Shown here: positions 8,704-18,800 of the stretch, piece by piece | Layout: every line of letters begins with the position of its first letter | Position numbering within the stretch: the stretch's first letter is position 1 | IMG/VR virus record: IMGVR_UViG_3300027668_000008 | Coordinates: 186,001-250,000 of that record | Reading direction: 5' to 3' (one strand) | Length of the DNA: 64,000 nucleotides | Notes under the pieces: generated by a model | Database searches by the model: none | What the model was told of the DNA's origin: nothing | The model's input: only the letters and a program-made list of their open reading frames with translations | Program-made: the position numbers and the translations under genes

Positions 8704-10275
8704 CTATAACATTAATGTAGGCATAGGTTCTACTACATCGTCAAAATTATCGCTTAAAAGCTCGTCTATTCCAGCATCATACTTCTTTAACACCATACTC
8801 ATACGCACTGCTAACACTAAAGACATGACTAAATCATCTGTTTCGCCAGGTCTTGCTTGGTAACTACTACCAACTGCAACAAACGACTTTAATTCTGATA
8901 TTAAATTTCTACTGTTAATTACTAATCTCTTTGTTTCGATTAAACTTTTTAACTTGGCACAAGCAGATAGTTTAGATTTATGTGTTGTATTAAACCCTCT
9001 ACGAAACTTTTTACTATTACCATGTCCTTTGGGTTCACTAATAAAGAAGCCTGGAATATTCTCTTCACCTATTTCTGCTATTGTAACTAGTGCCGCTTCT
9101 CCTAATGTGTTATTCTCTACACTGTAGTAAACATCATTAGGTTCATCAATACATTGTACCAAATACTCGCCAATAGATTTCATTATTTTAATTTGCTGTG
9201 CTATTGGAGTTTTATTGTGCATAAACTCAGCAACTTGTTCTAACGATGGCATCTCTATAACTTGTATGGCGGCATTATCGCCTCCAGTACCTAAACTAGG
9301 ATCTAAACTTATTAAGTATATACTTCCTTTTTTAGGTTTTTTGAACCATCTAACTTGACCTTGTCTATCAATAGGGTCTTTGCCTTCTAACTCTGCTAAT
9401 CTAATTGGATTAATTAATGTTTCATCAAAGATAATTGGTTCACAATCCATCTCACGTTTAAAACGTTCTTCTCCAATACGCCCTAATTCTTCGTTGGCCC
9501 ACTTCTCATCTCTGTCTGGGTGTTCTCTCCAAAGTGCTTTAAAGCCGTAGAAGCCGTTTATCCCTATACCGCCTTTTAATGGGTGACCGTAATCGTCGAT
9601 AGTTCTGTTTGCTTCTGTCCATAACAACCAAAACTGATCTTCGTCACTGTTAGGTGTACTTGTAATAATTGCTTTACCACCAGTTGCCAACGTTGGAGAT
9701 ATCGAAGTCCAAAACTCTTTAGCAATAGTTGGTCTCACAAACGCAAACTCGTCACAGTATAGTAACGTAATGGACATACCACGTCCTGTGTTTTCTGTTG
9801 TTGCTTGTGCTACAATTCTACTTCCGTTTTCAAATTCAATTGAGCCTTTGTTGTAACTAGTTACACCGGCTCTAATATGATTGGGCATGAGTTCATATGC
9901 ATATCGTATACGTTGCATAATTTCTTGTGCACCTGCATATTTGTGAGCCGCAATTAAGATAGTGCTATCCGGTACAAACATACCGTACCACAACAGGTAA
10001 CCTGCCGCTGTAGTAGTTTTTCCCATTTGTCTACTTAATAAATTAATACTAAATCGATTAGTGTGATAACTGTTAACTAACGTTTCTTGAAACTTATAAG
10101 CGTTGTATAAAATTTTACCAAGAACCGGGTGCTGAATATGAAAATATTTTGATAAGAAATATTCAGGCCCTGTATCAGGATTTGCACATTCCATGAATTC
10201 TTTTAATTCATCTTCTGTCCAACGTTCTGCCTGGTGTGGCTTTTTAATTAAAACACCGTCTAAACTTCTGCTCAT
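8704..10275 (-). CDS. gp17: Terminase large subunit
   Basis: SRQMGKTT Walker A, LYCDEFAF Walker B, ITSTPN, nuclease SLDPSLG and DDLVMS motifs. Confidence 0.97.
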   Translation of the reverse strand: MSRSLDGVLIKKPHQAERWTEDELKEFMECANPDTGPEYFLSKYFHIQHPVLGKILYNAYKFQETLVNSYHTNRFSINLLSRQMGKTTTAAGYLLWYGMFVPDSTILIAAHKYAGAQEIMQRIRYAYELMPNHIRAGVTSYNKGSIEFENGSRIVAQATTENTGRGMSITLLYCDEFAFVRPTIAKEFWTSISPTLATGGKAIITSTPNSDEDQFWLLWTEANRTIDDYGHPLKGGIGINGFYGFKALWREHPDRDEKWANEELGRIGEERFKREMDCEPIIFDETLINPIRLAELEGKDPIDRQGQVRWFKKPKKGSIYLISLDPSLGTGGDNAAIQVIEMPSLEQVAEFMHNKTPIAQQIKIMKSIGEYLVQCIDEPNDVYYSVENNTLGEAALVTIAEIGEENIPGFFISEPKGHGNSKKFRRGFNTTHKSKLSACAKLKSLIETKRLVINSRNLISELKSFVAVGSSYQARPGETDDLVMSLVLAVRMSMVLKKYDAGIDELLSDNFDDVVEPMPTLML

Positions 10276-10284
10276 TTATATGCC

Positions 10285-10521
10285 TTACTTGTTTAAACTT
10301 TTGATATGCTTGTGTAGTTGTGCTACAAGTTTATCTTTTGTTTCTCTTCTATCTAACTCAATTTTATGAGTTCTGCCTAAGTTTTCTAATGCTTTCTTAG
10401 TTAACTTGGCAAGTTCTTTTTTGCTAGGTACTATTGCTGGTTTTTGCTTAACAACCTTTACGGGTTTTAAAGTTTCGACAAGCGGTTTTACTGCAAAGAT
10501 TTTTTCAAACCATTTGAACAT
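10285..10521 (-). CDS. Small basic protein with HeH / Rho-N-like domain
   Basis: LTKKALENLGRTHKIELDRRETKDKLV pattern; good RBS; late promoter at 10564-10571. Confidence 0.55.
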   Translation of the reverse strand: MFKWFEKIFAVKPLVETLKPVKVVKQKPAIVPSKKELAKLTKKALENLGRTHKIELDRRETKDKLVAQLHKHIKSLNK

Positions 10522-10679
10522 ATTAATTCTCCTTTTAATTATAATATATACATATTACTATTATATTTATCGGTAAAATAAACCTGTTGTAAGAAAGTGT
10601 TATAGAATGGGGCAATATACAAGCATACGACCCTCAAATTCGTCGTATAAGCAAGTCTTTGTGTGTTAACTACAACTTA

Positions 10680-10916
10680 TTAGTCGTCGTAGGGTTTTTC
10701 ACCAGTTAACCACGGTTTACTGAACCAAAGTCTAAACCATGCTTGTGTTCCGGGTTGGATTTTCTTTTTCTTTGCTACTTTAGAAAGATCATTAGCAAGA
10801 CTGCCAATGTTTTCACCTACTATAGATGAGTAAGGGGTCAATCCAGAATATGAACCAACCCCTGCTAATTTTTTTAATTCGTCTAACTCTTTATCAAATG
10901 CTTTTTTATCAGCCAT
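10680..10916 (-). CDS. Hypothetical protein
   Basis: ELKKLAGV motif and C-terminal IQPGTQAWFRLWF; co-oriented with neighbours. Confidence 0.6.
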   Translation of the reverse strand: MADKKAFDKELDELKKLAGVGSYSGLTPYSSIVGENIGSLANDLSKVAKKKKIQPGTQAWFRLWFSKPWLTGEKPYDD

Positions 10917-10924
10917 GATTGAAA

Positions 10925-11848
10925 TTACATATCGCTTAACATTTTAGACAGTCTATCTTGTAACTCTACTGCTAAAGGATTGTCGCCTGGATATTCTTTC
11001 TTAGTTTGTTTCTTGGGACCGTTAAGTCCACCTGACATTTTGTTTAGTTGTGTGTCTGCATCGAAGTATTCTTCGTCTGGAGAGTTACTATACTCGTCAA
11101 GTTCAACTTCGCTAGTTGCCTGAGTTGGTGCCTGTTCAGCCTGTTCAGCCTTATGATCATGTCCATCACACTCACATTTATCAATTTCCTTGTCACAAGT
11201 ATCACATAACTCTAAATTATCTTTAGAAAAGTCAAAGTCTTTTTCTTCTGCTTCTGCTTTAACTTCTTGCTTTGCCATACCAGCGAGATCTAAAATTCTT
11301 GCTAAATCCTCTACTGCTACTTCAACTACATCTTTTTTAGCAATTGATGTTCCTTCAATTAAACCTTCATCGGATAATGCATCCTGGATCCATTGATAAG
11401 GATCGCCGTCTCTTGCTTTTTGTGTACCATACGGCATATCGCCAGTTTCACTATAGTACGAAAACAATTCCATGTATAATTCGTCGTCGTCTCCGATATC
11501 AGTCTTGCCGGATTTTAAATCAGCGTATGCTTTAGGATGTTTATTAAGAATACTTTCAGCATCTCTATCATATGCATCTTCTTCAGATACTTCTAAAGGT
11601 GCTTCTTGAATAGTATCTTCATCACTATCAATTGCTTCGACTTTGTACTTCTTTCCGCCAACTGTAAATTCTGCTTTGCCATCTTTTCTGGCTTTTTCAA
11701 GTGCTCCTGAGAATTCGTTGCCTTCGTTAGTATCGTCTGACTCAACTCTTAGTGCATTTTGCACTGCTGGTTTTTTATTTAATTCTTTTGCTATGTCAGT
11801 TGGCTTGTTAGTTTGTACACTTTCTAATGCGTCTAATATATCTCTCAT
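10925..11848 (-). CDS. Acidic hypothetical protein, putative internal head / prohead core protein
   Basis: Acidic, repeated hydrophobic-X-E sites, ILDLAGM motif. Confidence 0.5.
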   Translation of the reverse strand: MRDILDALESVQTNKPTDIAKELNKKPAVQNALRVESDDTNEGNEFSGALEKARKDGKAEFTVGGKKYKVEAIDSDEDTIQEAPLEVSEEDAYDRDAESILNKHPKAYADLKSGKTDIGDDDELYMELFSYYSETGDMPYGTQKARDGDPYQWIQDALSDEGLIEGTSIAKKDVVEVAVEDLARILDLAGMAKQEVKAEAEEKDFDFSKDNLELCDTCDKEIDKCECDGHDHKAEQAEQAPTQATSEVELDEYSNSPDEEYFDADTQLNKMSGGLNGPKKQTKKEYPGDNPLAVELQDRLSKMLSDM

Positions 11849-11860
11849 AATAATGTTATC

Positions 11861-12406
11861 CTATTCCTTATTTTCTTTTGCAATTTCGTCTGCATATGCT
11901 GTTGCCAAAGAAACTGTAGGAGTTTCTTTATTATTTGCTAAATCTTTTAAAAAGTTTGCGTTATATTCGTCACCGAAATGTTCGCTTGCCTTAATCTCTA
12001 CTGCATCTTTTAACTCTGGAGTTCCAAGTGCAGGTACATAATCTTTTCCCATGTCTTCAACGTATTCTTCCCTAGCAACTTCATTAGGATCGTTTGGATT
12101 AGATACCATAACGTGTGATCCAGGAAGTCCTGCATAGTCTACTAATTCCTGTCTTAACATATCAACTGTTGAGGGATATGTTATGGAAATATCCATTATA
12201 GTAACTTCTGAATTTTTCATAGTTTGAAAATCCATAGGGTGTTCTTGTATAGGTGTAACTTTAGGCTTGGTCATATCTTTTAAATTATATTTTCCAAGTG
12301 CTATTTCAATTCTATCCAATTGAGCATCAGTTAAAGTACCTGCGTACTTCACACGAAATTTGTATTCTTTAATGTTTTCCATTAAATATTGCTTAAATGT
12401 TTTCAT
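11861..12406 (-). CDS. Putative internal head protein
   Basis: N-terminus MKTFKQYLME resembles the T4 internal-protein capsid-targeting sequence. Confidence 0.55.
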   Translation of the reverse strand: MKTFKQYLMENIKEYKFRVKYAGTLTDAQLDRIEIALGKYNLKDMTKPKVTPIQEHPMDFQTMKNSEVTIMDISITYPSTVDMLRQELVDYAGLPGSHVMVSNPNDPNEVAREEYVEDMGKDYVPALGTPELKDAVEIKASEHFGDEYNANFLKDLANNKETPTVSLATAYADEIAKENKE

Positions 12407-12433
12407 ACTGCTAATACACCTTCTTTTGTTATA

Positions 12434-12940
12434 TTATTTATCTTTTGAAAGCAGTTTTTCCAACAATGCATTGCGATCCAATACAACTGCTGTGCCTTCT
12501 TCGGCGTTTACGCCATTTTCGCTATCGTGCTTCTGCTGTACTTGATCTAATCTTGCTTTTTGTAACTGTAATTGGATCATTTTTAATTTTCTGTCAACTT
12601 TGGCGCCTTTGGCATTTAAAGCCGTGTCTAATAAACGTGCCGCTGTATTAAATATCTCACCTGCATATCTGGCTTCTACATTCATGCCTAAATCCATTAA
12701 ATCTTTAAATGTATCTCTTGCCGTTAGAGCAAGTTCGTCCATTTCTGTGTCATTTAATGACAAATCTTTGACCATCGGTAATGCTTGGTCAATTTTATCT
12801 GCTTTCGCCAATGCACTTGCTATATCTTCCTGTGTATGAGTAATAGTATGGTCTACTGACTTCTCAGGTTCTGGGATAATATCTTCAGCAAAATCTTCTG
12901 CGGGTGCTAAATCTAGCAATTCTTCTAATTTCTTTGTCAT
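12434..12940 (-). CDS. gp16: Terminase small subunit (gp16-like)
   Basis: 168-aa helical protein with C-terminal VVLDRNALLEKL; located near the large terminase. Confidence 0.6.
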   Translation of the reverse strand: MTKKLEELLDLAPAEDFAEDIIPEPEKSVDHTITHTQEDIASALAKADKIDQALPMVKDLSLNDTEMDELALTARDTFKDLMDLGMNVEARYAGEIFNTAARLLDTALNAKGAKVDRKLKMIQLQLQKARLDQVQQKHDSENGVNAEEGTAVVLDRNALLEKLLSKDK

Positions 12941-12974
12941 AATGTTTCCAATAATTATATGCTATTATAATTAT

Positions 12975-13412
12975 TTATCTTTTCTTAGGACGATGAAAGA
13001 TGTCATCTTCAGTTACTATTCTAAATGTTAGTCCATTTTGTTTACAGTATCTATTAGCGGCTTCCCACTTTGCAGAGTTTAATATAACTTTTGCTTGTGC
13101 GTGTTTGCTTCTACCTGCTTGTTCCATTGTTGTTTCTTTTTTAGGCTTTACTTCAATACATTCAGCACGTTTCTTACCATTCTTGTCTTGATACACGACA
13201 ATAAAGTCCGGAACATAAATTGTATTCTTACCTGTTAATGGATTTTTATAAGGAATTTTAATTGCTTCACTGGCCCATTGTATAACGCCTGGGTGGTTGT
13301 CGCAAAATTGCATGAACGCCCACTCCCAACTGCTTCTATACATTGGTGTTTTATTGCCGGCATATTTTGCAGGATTCTTGACAGTATACTTGCCTGAAGC
13401 GAACTTTGCCAT
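12975..13412 (-). CDS. gp4: Head completion nuclease (T4 gp4-like, TnsA fold)
   Basis: YRSSWE, WASE, YVPDF, IEVKP, KWEAA and FRIVTE motifs. Confidence 0.9.
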   Translation of the reverse strand: MAKFASGKYTVKNPAKYAGNKTPMYRSSWEWAFMQFCDNHPGVIQWASEAIKIPYKNPLTGKNTIYVPDFIVVYQDKNGKKRAECIEVKPKKETTMEQAGRSKHAQAKVILNSAKWEAANRYCKQNGLTFRIVTEDDIFHRPKKR

Positions 13413-13414
13413 GG

Positions 13415-13783
13415 CTAATCCAGTATGTTACGAGCAACAACTTGACTTGGTGCTTTATTTCTATTGAATCCTAATATACTTGTATTAGCTCTAGTTTGAT
13501 TAATTAACGAAACTAGTGCTTGTTGAATTTCTGTAACTGCATAATCATTAAAGTCTTCGATTATGTCCATTGGGGAAACGTTATGTAACATAGCAATTTG
13601 TAAAACTGTGTCTGTTAATCCGTTTGATATTGCTACGTTGTCGTTTGTTTTTCTTTTAAAGAAACCCATAATTGCATCAAACTCATTAGGGTTAACTACT
13701 GTTGAGTTTCTGTCTGTATTATAAACGTCAAAAAACTCTGTAGTTTTATTTCCGTTTGGATTTGCTGGTAAATTAGTTGACAT
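13415..13783 (-). CDS. Hypothetical protein (tail/baseplate cluster)
   Basis: Tightly packed ORF in the late operon. Confidence 0.6.
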   Translation of the reverse strand: MSTNLPANPNGNKTTEFFDVYNTDRNSTVVNPNEFDAIMGFFKRKTNDNVAISNGLTDTVLQIAMLHNVSPMDIIEDFNDYAVTEIQQALVSLINQTRANTSILGFNRNKAPSQVVARNILD

Positions 13784-13784
13784 A

Positions 13785-15161
13785 TTATGTTATTCCGCCT
13801 TGACTTTTGCCTGCATACGAAGAACTATTAGTAATGTTACTAACACTTGTTCTTTGTGGTGCTACTGGATTTTTTGTTTGCTTACTAGCATCTTGATGTT
13901 GTAACTGACTAAAGTCTTGAGAGTTAATATGACTCATTATATTTCCACCTAATCCAGGTCCAAATAAACTTGATATAGCCGCTGGAATCTTTTGGGTCAT
14001 TTGACCTACCATTCCACTTGCTCCACTAACTGCACTTTGTAGATCTCCACCTACACCGCCTGCAAAACCTTTTAATTGATCTAACATTGCATTTGTTTGT
14101 ACTTTAGACCCGTTACTAGAAACTACACCACTACGCATTGGAGCACTTGTAGTAACTCCTGTCATTTTAGGTACTTGTGGTAAAGGATTACCTTGTGCCG
14201 ATTTGGCATTAGGAAAACTAAAATCACCAATTGGATTTTGTCCTCTTAAAGCATCCATTGCCGCACCAGTAAGTTCTGACTTTAACATATGTTTTAAGTT
14301 AGCACCTTTTAAATTACTTGCTCCACGCAAACCTGTAACAACTGCTCCTGCAATGTTGCCACCTGCTAAATCGGCTCCTATACTTCCTACTGCGTCTACT
14401 AAACCGCCTGGGCCTAAAAGACTTGTTGTACCGCCGCCTGCTGGTGTTAGTGGACTAGGTGCTTTGTCATAGTGCAATGTACCGAAACCTTGTGGACTGT
14501 CTCCATCAACAAGTCCCGATTTATATTTCACTGTTTCAAATCTAACTGACATTCTATGTTCTAGTATGCCTGCACTGTCTGAATAATCATGATTGTCGTG
14601 ATCAAAAGTTTCGATAATTGGATTAACTAACCAATACTCTGTATACTTCTTTTGATATAAACTGTAAATTTTTATTCCAGTAAAGAATGGTTTTGTATTT
14701 CTGTCTAAACCCCATTGACGAGCATTGTCCATCATAGGTTTATATGTATCTTTATAACCATATGTTCCACTTGACTCATACTGTGGGTCATTGTTGTAGT
14801 AGGCATAATATGCATACCACAAGTTTCTTATCACGTCACTATTATCATCGTGGAAGGTGATGTTACAAGGACTATAATTAATCTTGTTGTGGTGATAACG
14901 TTTTCTGTTATATTGATTGTGTTCAACAACTTCAAAGTTATACTTAGGTAGATCTACAGACTTAACTAAAAAACTTGCTTCTAAGTTTTCACTTCCACTG
15001 AATGAAAATCCAAGGCCCGGGTTGACCTGGAAGACCACGTGAAAGAGAAACTTATGTTTGGGTGCTAGTCTGTAATTGCCGTCGACGAACGTTCGTGATG
15101 CGTGTTTATAATCACGAACATTATCACCGGTTGCAAGAGCTTTTAAGAAAGAATTAATCAC
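13785..15161 (-). CDS. Tail-tube-fold baseplate protein (gp54/gp48-like tube initiator)
   Basis: VKSVDLPK, YSPCNITFHDD and YWLVNP tube-like motifs; Gly-rich tail; directly after the tube gene. Confidence 0.65.
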   Translation of the reverse strand: MINSFLKALATGDNVRDYKHASRTFVDGNYRLAPKHKFLFHVVFQVNPGLGFSFSGSENLEASFLVKSVDLPKYNFEVVEHNQYNRKRYHHNKINYSPCNITFHDDNSDVIRNLWYAYYAYYNNDPQYESSGTYGYKDTYKPMMDNARQWGLDRNTKPFFTGIKIYSLYQKKYTEYWLVNPIIETFDHDNHDYSDSAGILEHRMSVRFETVKYKSGLVDGDSPQGFGTLHYDKAPSPLTPAGGGTTSLLGPGGLVDAVGSIGADLAGGNIAGAVVTGLRGASNLKGANLKHMLKSELTGAAMDALRGQNPIGDFSFPNAKSAQGNPLPQVPKMTGVTTSAPMRSGVVSSNGSKVQTNAMLDQLKGFAGGVGGDLQSAVSGASGMVGQMTQKIPAAISSLFGPGLGGNIMSHINSQDFSQLQHQDASKQTKNPVAPQRTSVSNITNSSSYAGKSQGGIT

Positions 15162-15184
15162 AGGTTATTCTACTCCTTTATGGA

Positions 15185-15802
15185 TTAGCCTGTTACTACT
15201 TCACCAATAGTTCTAGCCACTGTAGTTCCTACGCCTGTTCCTAATGGAGTTTGAACTGCGTTATCAAAACGAATCGACATTGTAACTGTCGCTGGTTCTG
15301 AAGTTGCGTAATTCAAGTCGTTGTAGTTAACGTTTTGGATCATACAACCGTATAATTCCCACGTCTCTAGTACGTTTGGTGTTGATGCTCCGTTACCACC
15401 GTCTAATATTTCACATCTAGTAATGAATTTGTAATCAATACCCGATGCCGCACTTGATTGTTCCATCATATCAAATTGTTTCTGTACTTGTTCTCCAACA
15501 AGTTTAGATACTTGACCTGATGCATCATCACGCATATTAACTGATACGGCTTCCCAAGTGTGTTTACCTTGGATATAAACTTTACTGTTGTAGATATCAA
15601 TTGGTACTTCTTCAAAATTGACTGAAGGACGTTGAAAATCCATAACTTGTTTTGTTAGTTCACTTCTTGGAGTTGAGATTCCGAAATTTTCGAAACTCAC
15701 ACGGAAGCGATACTTTAATTTTGGCATTAACAGACCTTGGCTTGATGCGGATTGATCCGATGCTAAAGGTACTGTAAATTTGCTTAATGAACTTACTGAC
15801 AT
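15185..15802 (-). CDS. gp19: Tail tube protein
   Basis: KYRFRV, GKHTWE and WELYGC motifs; follows the sheath gene. Confidence 0.9.
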   Translation of the reverse strand: MSVSSLSKFTVPLASDQSASSQGLLMPKLKYRFRVSFENFGISTPRSELTKQVMDFQRPSVNFEEVPIDIYNSKVYIQGKHTWEAVSVNMRDDASGQVSKLVGEQVQKQFDMMEQSSAASGIDYKFITRCEILDGGNGASTPNVLETWELYGCMIQNVNYNDLNYATSEPATVTMSIRFDNAVQTPLGTGVGTTVARTIGEVVTG

Positions 15803-15876
15803 ATTTTTTGCTCCTGCTTCTATGCTTTAATAATATTTAGTCGCTTAATTTACCTTGTTCCTAATAAGGCTCTATA

Positions 15877-18800
15877 TTAAATAGAGCCTGTATTTTGGAT
15901 ACGAACTGGTATGTAGATGTATTCAACCGCTTTAACTGGTTCAATAGCAATGTCTATATACAACTCGTTTCTGTCAATTCTATCATTTGTGTTGTTTGTT
16001 TCGTCACATACAACCAAATAATCATAAAGACCACGTTTCGCAACTAAATCATTCATTAATTGCTCAACAACTTGTTTTACTTCATCACGTGTTAGTTTAT
16101 CGTTAGGTTCAAAAACAAAAGGTTTTGTAATAACTGCTAAACGTTCACGTATATAAGCAGTAAGTCTAGATACATTAATACGATCTAAAGCACTCGCTGT
16201 TGCCGTTTTAGTTTTGTTACCATAGTTTAATACACCGTTGCCTGGTAAGAATGTAATTGGGTTAATACTGTTTTCGTATAAAGTATCTCTTAAAGATTCT
16301 CTAACTCCAACACTAGTAAATTCACCAGTTGCTACATCAATATATCCTAAGCCTGTTGCGTTATCAACTATACCACGTCTTGTGCCTGCCGGAGCAAACC
16401 AAGGATAACTAGCGTCATCTGAACGAATCATTGTTCTTAACATCATATGACTTGAAGGAACTACAATACTATTACCATTTAAATCTGTAGTAATACCACT
16501 TGGGTAAAACACACCTAAGTATGTATCAGCAGTAACCATTCCATCATCGTTATTATCTGTTGCTAGTTTGGCATTAGTTGCCCAGTTTTGAATATCTGTA
16601 CTATTTGCCGCTAATCTCATTGGTGTGTCACCAATTACAAAAGCAGTGTTACGTCTATCATTGTTTAATGATACCATATTAGCAATTAGTTCTGGATATC
16701 CTGGTGCCGCCATTACGTTAAAGTTTCTTTGCTCTTCACGTAATTCTGAACTTGTATCAAGTGCAGATTTCATAGCCGCTACCACAACTTGACGTACTGC
16801 TTGTCTACCCATGAATGGAGAACCATCATTTTGTAAACCTGCTTTACTTACCCATGCATCTTTTTCCGTTGGTAATACTTTACCTGGGAAGTTTGTAGAG
16901 TTAAAGAAATCTTTCTTAAACTCTTTTACATTGTAAGAACTACGTCTCATATTAAACATTAACATACCACGTGGGTAATTAGCCGCTAGTGGTACATCTA
17001 AGTCTGTGTAATCGTTTGTTAGTAAAGATTTAGTAGTTGTAATATCACCACTGACTACGTCTGTAGTTGCGTTACCCATATATCTTGCATCTGCAAATAG
17101 GATACCATCTTCACTAGTTTGATCTGTATTGTCTATTGTTACAAACTTGTCTGTGCCTGAAACTTGTTCCCATCTTTTAATAATTGGGAAGTTTTCTAAG
17201 TCACTTGTATCAACCCAAAGGTCACCGTAAACTAGTGCTGACTTATCTGACTGTTGTGTCGGTTCAGTTGCACTAACTAATGGACCATTTGGACTTGTTG
17301 TTGACAAGTCAAATCCTCTAGCATCTGTAGAAACATTTTGGTAACCTTTCCAAGTTGTACCGTTATGTATCATGATATCCATTTCATCAGTTACATTATG
17401 GAACCATAGTCTACCTGTTGCTGGATTAGTTGAAGGTTCAATTGATCCTGCTGTATAAACTAGTTGTTGGAAGTTACTTGCTACCAAGTTTCCTGCTGTT
17501 GCACCTTCTCTAAGGTATGTATTAGCAGTTGTAAAGCCTGCTGTAGCCAAAGGAGTGTTGTTTGTGTTTGCAAGTATCATAACGCCACCTAATGAGTGTG
17601 TTAATGTAATTGCTCCAGTTGAAGCCAAACTAGCAGTAACATAAGGAATATTAACTGTGTTAATATCATTTACTATATCTGACGCTGTTGTGCCTGTTGC
17701 TGTAACTGTGTAACCTGTAACTGTGTTAACGCCTTTTGCGGATGACGTAATTGTAAACGCATCACCAACAACAAATGTTGGTGCAGTAGCGGTACCAGTA
17801 ACAACTGTTGAACCTTTAACTTTTCTTTCGTATAATTTGTATAGTGTAAATCCACTTGAGTTTGTAAATGCGTGTGCGTAAACTGTACCTACATCTATAT
17901 TCAAACCGCCGCCTACTGAATCTAAACCGTATAATGCGTGTCTATCACCACGATACACATTTACTGCTTTAGCAACAAATTTGGCTAGTGTTGTACTGTA
18001 AGCACTTACATCAAACTTTGCTCCGTTATTTGGAGTTGTAGTTTTAATCCAAACACTACCTGTTGGCGCCGAAGTAGCATCTGCTGTTTTCCATTCTGGA
18101 ATAGATGTATGTGGTTGTTGTAGTACAGAGATAACATAGTATGTTGCCGCTGTTACACCAATGTCTGTTAATAATGTTCCACTAACGTTAGCAATAACAA
18201 TAGCATTGCTTGCCGCTGTAGATTGTCCATAAATTTCAATTTTACTATTTACTAGTGCCGCTGTAACGCCTGTAATAGATGCCGCATTAATGTCAGCAAC
18301 TGTTTGTGCATAAGTTGTACTAGTTGTAGTAACTGTTGTTCCGTTAATAGTAATGCTGTCGCCATTTGAAACAGTGCCGCCTGATGCAGTACCTTGTACA
18401 GTTGGAATTGCAGTATGCCAATTAGTTGTGCCTAATGCTTTCCATCCTGATGCAGTTCTTACACTTACAGTATTATTGTTAGTACTGGCATCAATCGCAT
18501 AATCGCCTGCTTTGCCTATTGAAGCAAGAGGTACATTACTTGAGATTTTAGTACTATCTGTAATTACTGTTGGAACTTTATTAGTAAAAGTTTGTGTTGT
18601 TGCATTCCATTCAAAAATACCAAATTTGGTTTTAGCAGTATCTAACCAATGAGTACCATTAACTGGTTTAGCAGTTGGTCTTCCTGATTGTCCTGTTAGT
18701 TCACCTAAGTCAACATCTGCTCTAACAATGTATGCTCTGTTACTTGCACCTAATAGTGAGTAAGCAGACATAAGGCCATATTCATTTTGTTCATAGCCGT

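Noticed and set aside
8704-10275. Intein or intron in terminase or other core genes
   Set aside because: Lengths are normal, motifs are contiguous and no splice motifs were seen
12975-13412. Tn7 TnsA transposase or mobile element
   Set aside because: Size, motifs and context fit head completion protein gp4; no other transposon genes
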